Of a DNA stretch of 63,532 nt, positions 40,701-48,001 are shown in pieces. The notes beneath the pieces are model-generated. The model made no database searches, was not told the DNA's origin, and worked only from the letters and a program-made list of their open reading frames with translations. Numbering within the stretch: position 1 is the stretch's first letter; each line of letters opens with the position of its first letter. Source of the DNA: Hyphomicrobiaceae bacterium. GTDB taxonomy: Bacteria > Pseudomonadota > Alphaproteobacteria > Rhizobiales > Hyphomicrobiaceae. The stretch spans positions 1 through 63,532 of the forward strand of contig JANLYD010000003.1 in NCBI GenBank assembly GCA_031365465.1, written 5' to 3'. The translations under genes were made by a program, and so were the position numbers.

Positions 40701-40745
40701 ACGGGCGAGATTGCCAAGCTGCTCGATGTGCCGCGGCCAGACTAG
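37704..40745 (+). CDS. 1013-aa multidomain protein with a central degenerate Hanks-type protein-kinase-like core
   Basis: ATGA overlap with the carbamoyltransferase stop. AVAKVL lysine (38988-38990), HRDIRPEVIL (HRD at 39525-39533), DFS (39595-39603), APE (39708-39716), FSLGIILNELLFG. The N-terminal 400 aa or so and the C-terminal 250 aa or so have no motif I recognise, apart from a Cys cluster CAACYGCKEF...FYACH and a terminal HTH-like GVQTGEIAKLLDV. Confidence 0.7.
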   Translation: MNKTSVGRDDELRREYHVLKDDMPHEFRLIVSKLENDKVSRGMLYGNAIEGLGAMTYAIAIAVAAAHSDEKGRERRLLLWNKLNEPKHRALVENLGSDQHYIRLCGKPLSDLFEEVDRQKSFSGILNDILLTAKSIESGVRSSGEGDIYAELENLKRESPDGTYEQRSRFGNSLYHLVCELFWYWPRYSLGFLDANSNPPRVEFDTDELGDLVLTETQRDKFKFDVVTRDNRWIKPMVERGRVHIGPDHVEAIDPDRVRTVFLADQIERKIYMISPFLFNYVTSAKGAQNVKSKYLFLEPNWSLASGGLMWKTFNDLEKDEHRGPTLPGGEIGPSLEQSQDGRWQSFVKGLLERPCQVALETAGEASQERAVFDHLRNQLSKVRFEPTTGNAYKVAEKSAKPRLFYKTGASIYVEVVEDVPNGRTAVAKVLQPSVMGITHVELDRFPREVTFLKAYFSSPQIGANDTRLIGSGIVQFLAEGKTTAGDDGTAGANSDRQGETAERARKSTGKARSVDFSNCSFYVREKIEENLRDVINEVEREQRRGVRGTVPRSLPANRESIAVGRRILRALYIIERAATTLERIYSEPKSPELEARLGDNKDAHFIHRDIRPEVILHAGGGLIKICDFSAAYFPGRDTHRALTDDEVGHGAGTALLLDSFGMSSDYCAPEVYVRPDAYSPTADVFSLGIILNELLFGKRKNVQRHIWEWRKTAGEERDWKDKLYDAPEGAEQRADERIKSAETSGTPSRFDLRELVARSTCHHTQRWSMSEFRDNVAAASVIVREFLAAETRKVIADARKSAAPKELQDAIRFTAEAFGYDGRTLKPTSMVRCAACYGCKEFTYDSDEPEFYACHKDGMSKAIADLKQVTDGVNSGAQPSADATDQLVRPLTHEQANIVLGALEAGLTICSGVVDRVSDELEILVGRPIPGGERAEGEFDKLRPHRSFNSLSEKIFVAAAYPGGVTVADPVQVTKPAARDTQFAEELLMLIGRASGVQTGEIAKLLDVPRPD

Positions 40746-40749
40746 TCGA

Positions 40750-43002
40750 ATGTTGTATGGTGATAATGGAACGGGACGTGCTTCGATGAGTGGGCAAAAA
40801 AATAAAGCAATGGACGAGTTGAAGCGGCATGCGCGCACCATGAAGGGAGTGCAGGCGACGCTACTCGCCCAGGCAGAGGGAGATAAACTCAAGGTCTCCG
40901 ACTACGAGATAGACAGGGACAACGCGCAGGATGCCATCATGCCGCGCATCTTTGCGCTCGATTCCGCGCTTATTCCCTTTTCGGCCGTCACGCCCATCAG
41001 TCGGCGCCTGGAGAAAGATGCCAAGTTCGTCGATTTAGCGGCGAGCCTGCGCCGCGACCGCGACATACGCGACCTACTCTCGGTGAGCTCGAGCGACACC
41101 GGCCGGCGAATACTCGAACTCAGTCGTGACCGCCTCGATGAGACGCTCACTTTCATCGAGAACGCAGTCAAAGGCAATTCTGCCGTGCCGGCACCCTATG
41201 GCACGTTTGTCGATTTTGACATGCTTGTTTGGGCCCTCGGCTACGTTCTCGATCTGAAAACCACGCTCTCGCAGTCCAACACTGCCAAATCTCAATCGAC
41301 CGACAGTGATGAGACAATACGAATCGAGACACTGGTCAAGGAGGGACTTGCGGCACTTATTCAGCGCGGTCAGGAAGGCCTTGCATCCTCCGAATTGCGA
41401 CACGGCTGGTACGCCAGCCTGGAGACAATGGAGTCGCTGTTCGAGCAGCGCGGAACCTTTAAAGGTACTGCCGGCAAGGATAGAATCAGCAACCGCAAAG
41501 ATAATTTGTCAAAAGCGTTTGTGCGGCATCAACAGAAACTCGATCCGCTACTGCTCGAGATCGTCGATAGTCCGGCGTTCGTCGAGTCGATATTCGTGGC
41601 GACGCGCGCGATCTGTGTGTTCGTGTCGATAGCGAAGGAAGTCGCGGAGGAGGCAGAACGCGAGTCGGGCGTCGCGAGCGAGACCTCGCTGTCCGCCTAC
41701 TTCACAGACCTCGAAACCGAGGTGTTCCGTCAAGACTCCTTCGGTCAATTCTGCCTGACACAGCTCAAGAAATATACGCTGGACCGCCAGGGGCGGCCGC
41801 TGCCGCTCGATCACTACGACCCGTTCATCCACTTGACCGGCATCCTCGCGTTCGCACTGGCTGAGGGCTATTTCTCGCCAACTGATGACGATGGCAAGCC
41901 AATGACCGAGAGCCTGCGGCCGAAGTTTGTGGAAATCGGCTTTGCTAACCGGACGGCGATCATCGACGCAATCGTGGATACCTTTGAGGGCCCGCTCATC
42001 CAGGCGCTCGGCGACCAGTTGAACCCGATAAACATCGAGGAAAACCGCTTTGTTGCGACGGCCGAACTTCACCGCCTGTTCGACGGTGACGGCAACCTCA
42101 TGCTGCTCGACAACGTGCAAAAGAAGTCCGGGATCGAGCGAGATCCCAACGACAAAAGCCCAACCGCTTACCTCGACCGCCGCAATCACTCGTTCACTTA
42201 CCTCGTGGCGCTTCCCATCGCACTCAAGGGTCTCGCGCAAATGGTGCGTGAAGAACTTATGAGCCGCCTGCTGGAAACGCCAAGTACGGAGTGGAAAACC
42301 GCCGCGGCCAAGTTGCCCAACTGGGTCGGGCGCGTCGAGACCATGTGCGGCAAGCTCGTCAAGACACTGTACGATGTCAATATCAACAAGGAGGGGGACA
42401 AACGCATTGGGGTATGGAAGGGCAAGCCGTCCTGGAGCGTGACCGCCGCAGTTGTCGATGCCCTCAGTGTGTGGATGGGGGTGCTGACGTGCCGGGTCGC
42501 GATTGAACTGGCATCCGGCGAGGCCGAGGAAACGCTCACGGAGGGGATCGACTTTCCGAGCAGCGATATTGGTGTCGTCAAGGACTTCTTTTCTCTGCTC
42601 ACGAAATATACATCGCCCCCACCCGCACCGCCTGTGCAGACGCAGCCGGAAAGCCCTGCGGTCGAGCCGAGCCTGCTGCAATGGCTGAACTCGATCAAAA
42701 CGGTGGCCGATGTCGGAATCTTTTATAATCCAAGCTCGAATGCCGGTTTTACGACGACCCTCGGTCCGGAGCAGGTGCTAAAGACGGTCAAGCTCATAAA
42801 GTTCATTTCCGACCGCATGAAGGACGAGACGACATACGCAGAAGTCGAAGAGTACGTTTGCACAAAGTTGATCAAGGACCTGCGGAAAGAAGTCAGGGCG
42901 TCGGGCAAGATGACTGTCGAATCCGTGTTCCAGACACTGGAAAACCGACTTAAAGAAAAATATCCGACCGCATTCCGGAACCAGACGAAGGGCCGGGATT
43001 AA
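40750..43002 (+). CDS. 750-aa hypothetical protein, no recognisable catalytic motif
   Basis: ATG 40750 lies 4 nt after the upstream stop, and the long ORF shows island-type composition. Mostly helical-looking sequence with a short Pro-rich linker (SPPPAPPVQTQPESP). Confidence 0.6.
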   Translation: MLYGDNGTGRASMSGQKNKAMDELKRHARTMKGVQATLLAQAEGDKLKVSDYEIDRDNAQDAIMPRIFALDSALIPFSAVTPISRRLEKDAKFVDLAASLRRDRDIRDLLSVSSSDTGRRILELSRDRLDETLTFIENAVKGNSAVPAPYGTFVDFDMLVWALGYVLDLKTTLSQSNTAKSQSTDSDETIRIETLVKEGLAALIQRGQEGLASSELRHGWYASLETMESLFEQRGTFKGTAGKDRISNRKDNLSKAFVRHQQKLDPLLLEIVDSPAFVESIFVATRAICVFVSIAKEVAEEAERESGVASETSLSAYFTDLETEVFRQDSFGQFCLTQLKKYTLDRQGRPLPLDHYDPFIHLTGILAFALAEGYFSPTDDDGKPMTESLRPKFVEIGFANRTAIIDAIVDTFEGPLIQALGDQLNPINIEENRFVATAELHRLFDGDGNLMLLDNVQKKSGIERDPNDKSPTAYLDRRNHSFTYLVALPIALKGLAQMVREELMSRLLETPSTEWKTAAAKLPNWVGRVETMCGKLVKTLYDVNINKEGDKRIGVWKGKPSWSVTAAVVDALSVWMGVLTCRVAIELASGEAEETLTEGIDFPSSDIGVVKDFFSLLTKYTSPPPAPPVQTQPESPAVEPSLLQWLNSIKTVADVGIFYNPSSNAGFTTTLGPEQVLKTVKLIKFISDRMKDETTYAEVEEYVCTKLIKDLRKEVRASGKMTVESVFQTLENRLKEKYPTAFRNQTKGRD

Positions 43003-43085
43003 AAAGAGTCAAACGGCATCGGATTAATTGAGCGCATCTTTCGAAATCGGGCTCGCCGGGCGCGATAGCAGGCATAGGTTGAGCA

Positions 43086-44159
43086 ATGAGCAAGGACGCC
43101 CAGCGGGCACCTCAAATCCCGATCGTCAACATCGTGAGCTACTCCTACAAGGGCGGCTCTGGACGGTCGACGGCAAGCGTGAACATCGCCTTTTCGCTAG
43201 CAAAGCAGGGCAAGCTGGTCGTCTGCCTCGACATGGATGTCGGCGCTGCCGGGCTGCACATGATCATCAGCGACTGGGATGAGAAAACAAAGACGCACGT
43301 CGCAGCAAACCGGGACGAGATCGGGCATCAGCTCTTCTTCAATGCGTCCAACGAACCTTCAATCAATCAGCTCGCGCCAGCGCTCATCGACATCGACAAG
43401 GTCACCGGAGTGGCTCATGTCGGAATCGGCGAGAACCCGGGCCGTCTGCTGTTTGCGTTCAGCTCGACCAAGGATAGGGCGTTGAAGGACCTCAACAACG
43501 ATAGCGACGGTGCCCGGGCCTTCAAGCAGAAATATCTGCGCCTGCAGCAACTCCTGGCAAGGGAAGTCGGCGGCACCGCCGACCGCGAAGTGTATTTCAT
43601 CGTCGACGCGCCCAACGGGATAACCAATGTGAGCCTGCCTCTACTGAAATGCGCCGACCTTATCCTGATGTTCTATCGTTATAGCTTGCAACACGTGCAA
43701 GGCACTGTCGAAGCTGGCGACAAATTGATCTTCTATCTGCGCGACGAGTATGAAAAGCGGCCGTACATGCGGCTCCTGCTGGTCGGCTCATGCGTGCCCG
43801 AGCGGATCATCGAGAATTTGCGGCAGCATGCCGATAGCCTTGAGCCGTACGAGCGCGAAATGCTCGATAAATTCAATAGTACCCAGGCAAATCTCGAGGC
43901 CTTCGCGGACGATTATCCGCTGCAGGTCGAGCTGTTACCGATGCATCAGCGCATCGGCGAGGACGATCTTTTGAAGATCTTGGAGCAGCCAATCACAAAC
44001 GCCAAAGGTGTGCGCAATGCCGTTCTCGGTTATCCCGAGATCGGTTGGCCTGCGTCGAGTTCGGCCGGCACCATGGACCGCATTACCGCAATCGCAAACC
44101 TGCTTGGCCAGCATGGCCCCGAGATCGCACGCGAGAAGAAGCGCCGCTATGGCGGGTGA
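43086..44159 (+). CDS. ParA/MinD-like P-loop ATPase with variant Walker A (KGGSGRST)
   Basis: Deviant Walker A in SYSYKGGSGRSTASVN, with Arg codon 43164-43166 where the P-loop Lys is expected. CLDMDV switch region and Walker-B-like YFIVDAPNG. 357 aa. Confidence 0.7.
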   Translation: MSKDAQRAPQIPIVNIVSYSYKGGSGRSTASVNIAFSLAKQGKLVVCLDMDVGAAGLHMIISDWDEKTKTHVAANRDEIGHQLFFNASNEPSINQLAPALIDIDKVTGVAHVGIGENPGRLLFAFSSTKDRALKDLNNDSDGARAFKQKYLRLQQLLAREVGGTADREVYFIVDAPNGITNVSLPLLKCADLILMFYRYSLQHVQGTVEAGDKLIFYLRDEYEKRPYMRLLLVGSCVPERIIENLRQHADSLEPYEREMLDKFNSTQANLEAFADDYPLQVELLPMHQRIGEDDLLKILEQPITNAKGVRNAVLGYPEIGWPASSSAGTMDRITAIANLLGQHGPEIAREKKRRYGG

Positions 44160-44193
44160 AGCGTAACATCGATAATGATCAGAGTTTTTGAAT

Positions 44194-45480
44194 ATGGCTG
44201 ATGACATCTTCTTGTCGTACCGACGGTCACAGGAACGCAAGGTCGAGGAACTGGCCAATTTCCTCAAGGCTGTCGGCTACAGAGTCTTCATGGATATCAA
44301 AGGTCTGGAGGTCGGAGTCGACTGGTGGAAGCAGTTGCAAGACAAGCTCCGCGAAGTGAAGCTAGTGATAGTTTGCGTATCCAGCGACGCCTTAAGCGAT
44401 GGCTCGGTTGTCTTAAGAGAATTAGAGCTGGCGATCGGTCAAAACAAGTTGGTTCCCCTTTATATCGAGAATGTAAAGTGGAACGAAAACCTCAAACATC
44501 TGCATTCCGTGAGTATTGCGCAATGGGACGGTGACCCTCATCACCGGCAGGTTACCGAGCTCGTTAAGCAGCTGAGAGGAAAAAAATGCTTCGGGAGTAA
44601 TTCCGCTTCTGAAGAGATGGTGCGTGAGAAACTAAAGGAAATCCGCACGTTTGTTGAGACGTACAAATCTGCCTGGAATCCCAACGGTGATGTCGCCACG
44701 ATTCAACCCCTCGAGTTTCAGTCAATCATCGCACCTCCAACACGGCGGATTGAAAAGCTGGAATTCATCCAAGGCGCCGGGAATACCGAGGCCGGTGCAC
44801 TCGATCAGGAACTTCCGCGTCGCGCCGTGCGACTTCGCGCCTTTGAGATCGGCGTGACAACCGTGACGGTGGGACAATGGGCAGAATACGTTGCGTCCGG
44901 CCAGAGCGGGAGAGCAATGCCGGCTGACGATTACCCCGGCACGACAGTCTTGTGGTCCAAAGCTTTCGAGTATCCGATGGTCCGCGTTTCCTGGCACGAG
45001 GCACGCGAGTATACGGCCTGGTTGAGCACAATCACTGGAAGCAGATATCGCCTTCCAAGCGAGAGCGAATGGGAATGTGCGGCGCGGGCTGGACACGGGG
45101 GGCGCATCTTTGGATGGGGTGACGATATCGTCCCGGAGCACGCTATCTACAACTGGTCGAAATCCTACCAGGGTGGGCGGACGAAACGGCCCCCGCCCAG
45201 TGGGCCGCGGCCAGTGCAGCGCGGAACCGCCAACGATTTCGACCTCCATGATCTGCACGGCAACGTCAAAGAGTGGGTGGCGGACGTCCTCAGGCCCTAT
45301 GACCCCGAGCATTGCGACGGAAGCGTCGTCGGCGATCCGGGGATGCCGGAAGGCCGTGCCGTTGTCCGCGGTGGTTCGTGGCGCAGCGACCCCGCCAAAT
45401 TGCGATCGGCTTGGCGCGAACCTTATCCCGCAGACTGCGGCGACGACGAGATTGGCTTTCGCATCGTGCGCGAGCTATAG
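44194..45480 (+). CDS. TIR domain fused to a formylglycine-generating-enzyme (FGE/SUMF1)-like domain
   Basis: N-terminal TIR pattern: DIFLSYRRSQE ... GYRVFMD ... VKLVIVCVSSDAL ... VLRELELAI, with a candidate catalytic Glu at about 44419-44421. C-terminal FGE-sulfatase pattern: RVSWHEAREYTAWLS, YRLPSESEWECAARAG, GNVKEWVAD, VVRGGSW, GFRIVREL. Confidence 0.8.
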   Translation: MADDIFLSYRRSQERKVEELANFLKAVGYRVFMDIKGLEVGVDWWKQLQDKLREVKLVIVCVSSDALSDGSVVLRELELAIGQNKLVPLYIENVKWNENLKHLHSVSIAQWDGDPHHRQVTELVKQLRGKKCFGSNSASEEMVREKLKEIRTFVETYKSAWNPNGDVATIQPLEFQSIIAPPTRRIEKLEFIQGAGNTEAGALDQELPRRAVRLRAFEIGVTTVTVGQWAEYVASGQSGRAMPADDYPGTTVLWSKAFEYPMVRVSWHEAREYTAWLSTITGSRYRLPSESEWECAARAGHGGRIFGWGDDIVPEHAIYNWSKSYQGGRTKRPPPSGPRPVQRGTANDFDLHDLHGNVKEWVADVLRPYDPEHCDGSVVGDPGMPEGRAVVRGGSWRSDPAKLRSAWREPYPADCGDDEIGFRIVREL

Positions 45481-45521
45481 GCAGCCGCTGTTTCGACGCG
45501 CTGCCGCCAACGGAGCAAGCT

Positions 45522-46463
45522 GTGACACGTGTTTCTGGCGCCGCGCCGACTAAAGGCGAGGGCAAGATCGATAAGACATTCTACCGCATTTCGACCGGCA
45601 TTTCCGTTGCACGCGCGGTGCTTGTCGTTTCGCTTTACCTTGCGATCGGCGTCGCGGCGTTGGTCACCGACAGCAATGTCGGATACGCGCTGGCTGCCTT
45701 GCCCCTGGCGTTCGCACAGCAGTTTTTTTTCAATGCCCTACACTATTGTACGCACTCGACGTTCGTTCGGTCTCGGGCGATCAACAACGTGTTGGGTATT
45801 GCCTTCGGCTGCCTGTCGATCATGAACTTCGCGCTCTATAAGCCGTATCACCTCCAGCATCACCGCCATCTGGGAACTGATCAGGATCCGGAACCGCATC
45901 CGCGTTCATTTGCGACACGAGCGCAATATCTCCGCGAGATGCTCATGCCCCACTTCTTTATCGACAACTGGATGAGCAGCTTAAAAACCCTAACGCGCTC
46001 TCTCGGACTCGCTTGGTTTGGCTCGCACGAGCGATACCTCCTTCATGTCTCGCGGGTGTCGGTCAATTTCAACAGCTTTTTGTTGTTCGTCTGGGTTTCA
46101 GCGCTGTTGGGGTTGACCTTGATGTATGGGCGGCAGGTTTTTTGGCTCTATTGGGTTCCACTCGGGCTGAGCTACGTGCTCGCCAATCTGGTCATACTGC
46201 CCGAGCATTATCGCACCGATCCGGTCCTCGGACGCAATCTGGAGAACAGCCGTACTGTTTCAGCGGGCGCGTTCGCTAGGTTTTTCATCGTGAACATGAA
46301 TTTTCATGCCGAGCATCATCTTTACCCAGGCGTTCCATTTCACAATCTTTCGCAATTGAACAGGCGGATCGGCAGCGGGGTAAAGCATCGCGACCAGTCT
46401 TTCTTTGCATTCCATCGCGACGTTTTCAGGTCGCTGCCATGGAAAAAGCATCGCGAAGCTTGA
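45522..46463 (+). CDS. membrane fatty-acid desaturase-family protein
   Basis: GTG 45522 lies 6 nt after GGAG. Three His boxes (HYCTH, HLQHH, HAEHH) and TM segments. The upstream part of the track ORF overlaps the TIR-FGE gene and is discarded. Confidence 0.75.
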   Translation: MTRVSGAAPTKGEGKIDKTFYRISTGISVARAVLVVSLYLAIGVAALVTDSNVGYALAALPLAFAQQFFFNALHYCTHSTFVRSRAINNVLGIAFGCLSIMNFALYKPYHLQHHRHLGTDQDPEPHPRSFATRAQYLREMLMPHFFIDNWMSSLKTLTRSLGLAWFGSHERYLLHVSRVSVNFNSFLLFVWVSALLGLTLMYGRQVFWLYWVPLGLSYVLANLVILPEHYRTDPVLGRNLENSRTVSAGAFARFFIVNMNFHAEHHLYPGVPFHNLSQLNRRIGSGVKHRDQSFFAFHRDVFRSLPWKKHREA

Positions 46464-46478
46464 ACGCCGATCTTTAAA

Positions 46479-47213
46479 TCAAACCAACGTCCGGCAATGC
46501 GCGAGGAGTTCGGCGTTCGCGACAGCCGCCCCGGGCTCGGGCCTAGCCCGAAATACAATACTTGTAGGCGTTCCGCCGAGTACCACGACTTCGTCGGCGA
46601 GGCGCACTGCATCCTCGACGTCATGGGTGACAAAGACCACGCTTCCCACTTTGCCCTCCGTATAAAGATCTCGCACGAGCGTGCCGAGATGCCGGCGGTT
46701 TCCGACGGCAAGCGCGCCGAACGGTTCGTCGAGCAGCAGGACATGGGGGTCCTGGGCCAAGGTGCGAGCAAGGGCCACGCGCTGGCGCATGCCACCCGAC
46801 AGTTGGTCCGGACGCGCACGTCCATTCGTCTCGAGCTTGACGGTTCGGAGTAGCTGGTTCGCACGGGCAAGCCGGTCGGATTTGGACAAACCGGAACGCG
46901 CGAGGCCGAGGGTGACATTGCCGATGACCGACTTCCATGCAAGCAGGTCGTAGGACTGAGACATGTAGCCGATGCCCGAAACGGGCCCGTCGATCGGCCG
47001 ACCGTCAAACAAGACCTGGCCCTGGTCGGGATGTACAAAGCCAGCGAACATCCGCAGCAAGGTTGATTTTCCGCAACCGGAGACGCCGAGAATGGCAATG
47101 AAGTGTCGTTTGGGGATAACAAGATTCAGATCGCTAAATAGGGCGCGAGCGCTGCCACCGCTCGTAACCTGCTTGTGGATCCCGACGAGTTGCAAGCCCC
47201 CCCGCGCACTCAT
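46479..47213 (-). CDS. ABC transporter ATP-binding protein (nitrate/sulfonate/taurine type)
   Basis: [38 protein letters not shown]. Confidence 0.85.
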   Translation of the reverse strand: MSARGGLQLVGIHKQVTSGGSARALFSDLNLVIPKRHFIAILGVSGCGKSTLLRMFAGFVHPDQGQVLFDGRPIDGPVSGIGYMSQSYDLLAWKSVIGNVTLGLARSGLSKSDRLARANQLLRTVKLETNGRARPDQLSGGMRQRVALARTLAQDPHVLLLDEPFGALAVGNRRHLGTLVRDLYTEGKVGSVVFVTHDVEDAVRLADEVVVLGGTPTSIVFRARPEPGAAVANAELLAHCRTLV

Positions 47214-48001
47214 GATGCCTGCCGAACCTCATTCATCCACGGGAACAGGCGCGGGTACAGGCGGCGAAGCACATAATCGATCACGAGGCCGACCACGGCG
47301 ATCAACAGGATGATCGCCAGAACTCGCGGTATCTCCAGGAACCGTTGCGCCGTGATCAGCGACTGGCCAAGGCCGTGCGTTGCCCCGACAATTTCCGCCA
47401 CCAGCAGGTAGGACCATGCCCAGCCGATTGCGACACGCGATCCATCGTAAATCTGTGGGCTCGAGTACGGTAGCACGGCGTGAACCAGCGTCTCGAACCT
47501 GCCGAGGCGTAACGACTGGCAGAGTTCGATTGTGCTCGTTGGCAGGCGACTTGCCGCGTCCGCGATCAGCACGATCAATTGTGGTAACGTGCCGAACACA
47601 ATGACCCCGATCTGGCTAGTGTTGCCGAGGCCGAGCCAGAGAATCATCAATGGCACCATCGCGGGAACAGGAACGTAACGGACGAAGTCATTGAGCGGCT
47701 GGAGCAAGCGCCGAGTTGGACCGTGGAGCGCCAAAGCTACACCGAGCGGCAGCGCGATCAGGAACGAAATTATGAAACCAGCAAATATGCGGGCGGTGCT
47801 GACTGCGAGGTCCAAAAGCAGCGAACCGGACGCCAATCCAGCGACCAGCGACTGGAAGACGGACTGGGGGGACGGTAGGAAGACTTCAGGCACCGATCCC
47901 CATGTTGCCGCGACAAACCAGACCGTCAAGACGATCGCAAAAGGCAAGAGGCTGGCGAGGCCGGACTCGCCCGCCTTGATTGGTCGCTGGCTCTGAATCA
48001 T
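47210..48001 (-). CDS. ABC transporter permease (SsuC/TauC-like)
   Basis: 6-TM BPD-type permease. Start and stop overlap the neighbouring genes. Confidence 0.8.
   Translation of the reverse strand: MIQSQRPIKAGESGLASLLPFAIVLTVWFVAATWGSVPEVFLPSPQSVFQSLVAGLASGSLLLDLAVSTARIFAGFIISFLIALPLGVALALHGPTRRLLQPLNDFVRYVPVPAMVPLMILWLGLGNTSQIGVIVFGTLPQLIVLIADAASRLPTSTIELCQSLRLGRFETLVHAVLPYSSPQIYDGSRVAIGWAWSYLLVAEIVGATHGLGQSLITAQRFLEIPRVLAIILLIAVVGLVIDYVLRRLYPRLFPWMNEVRQAS

Noticed and set aside
37704-43002. Class III/IV lanthipeptide-synthetase-like reading (kinase core plus a possible alpha-toroid cyclase partner)
   Set aside because: No LanC-type zinc-ligand motifs (CHG, WCxG) are present. I could recognise no N-terminal phospholyase motifs, and there is no small precursor-peptide ORF nearby. 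The TIR and ParA-like context fits a conflict system better.
45312-45521. Upstream extension of the desaturase ORF (ATG 45312)
   Set aside because: It overlaps the last 170 nt of the TIR-FGE gene in another frame and is extremely Arg-rich. GTG 45522 with a GGAG 6 nt upstream gives a normal desaturase N-terminus.
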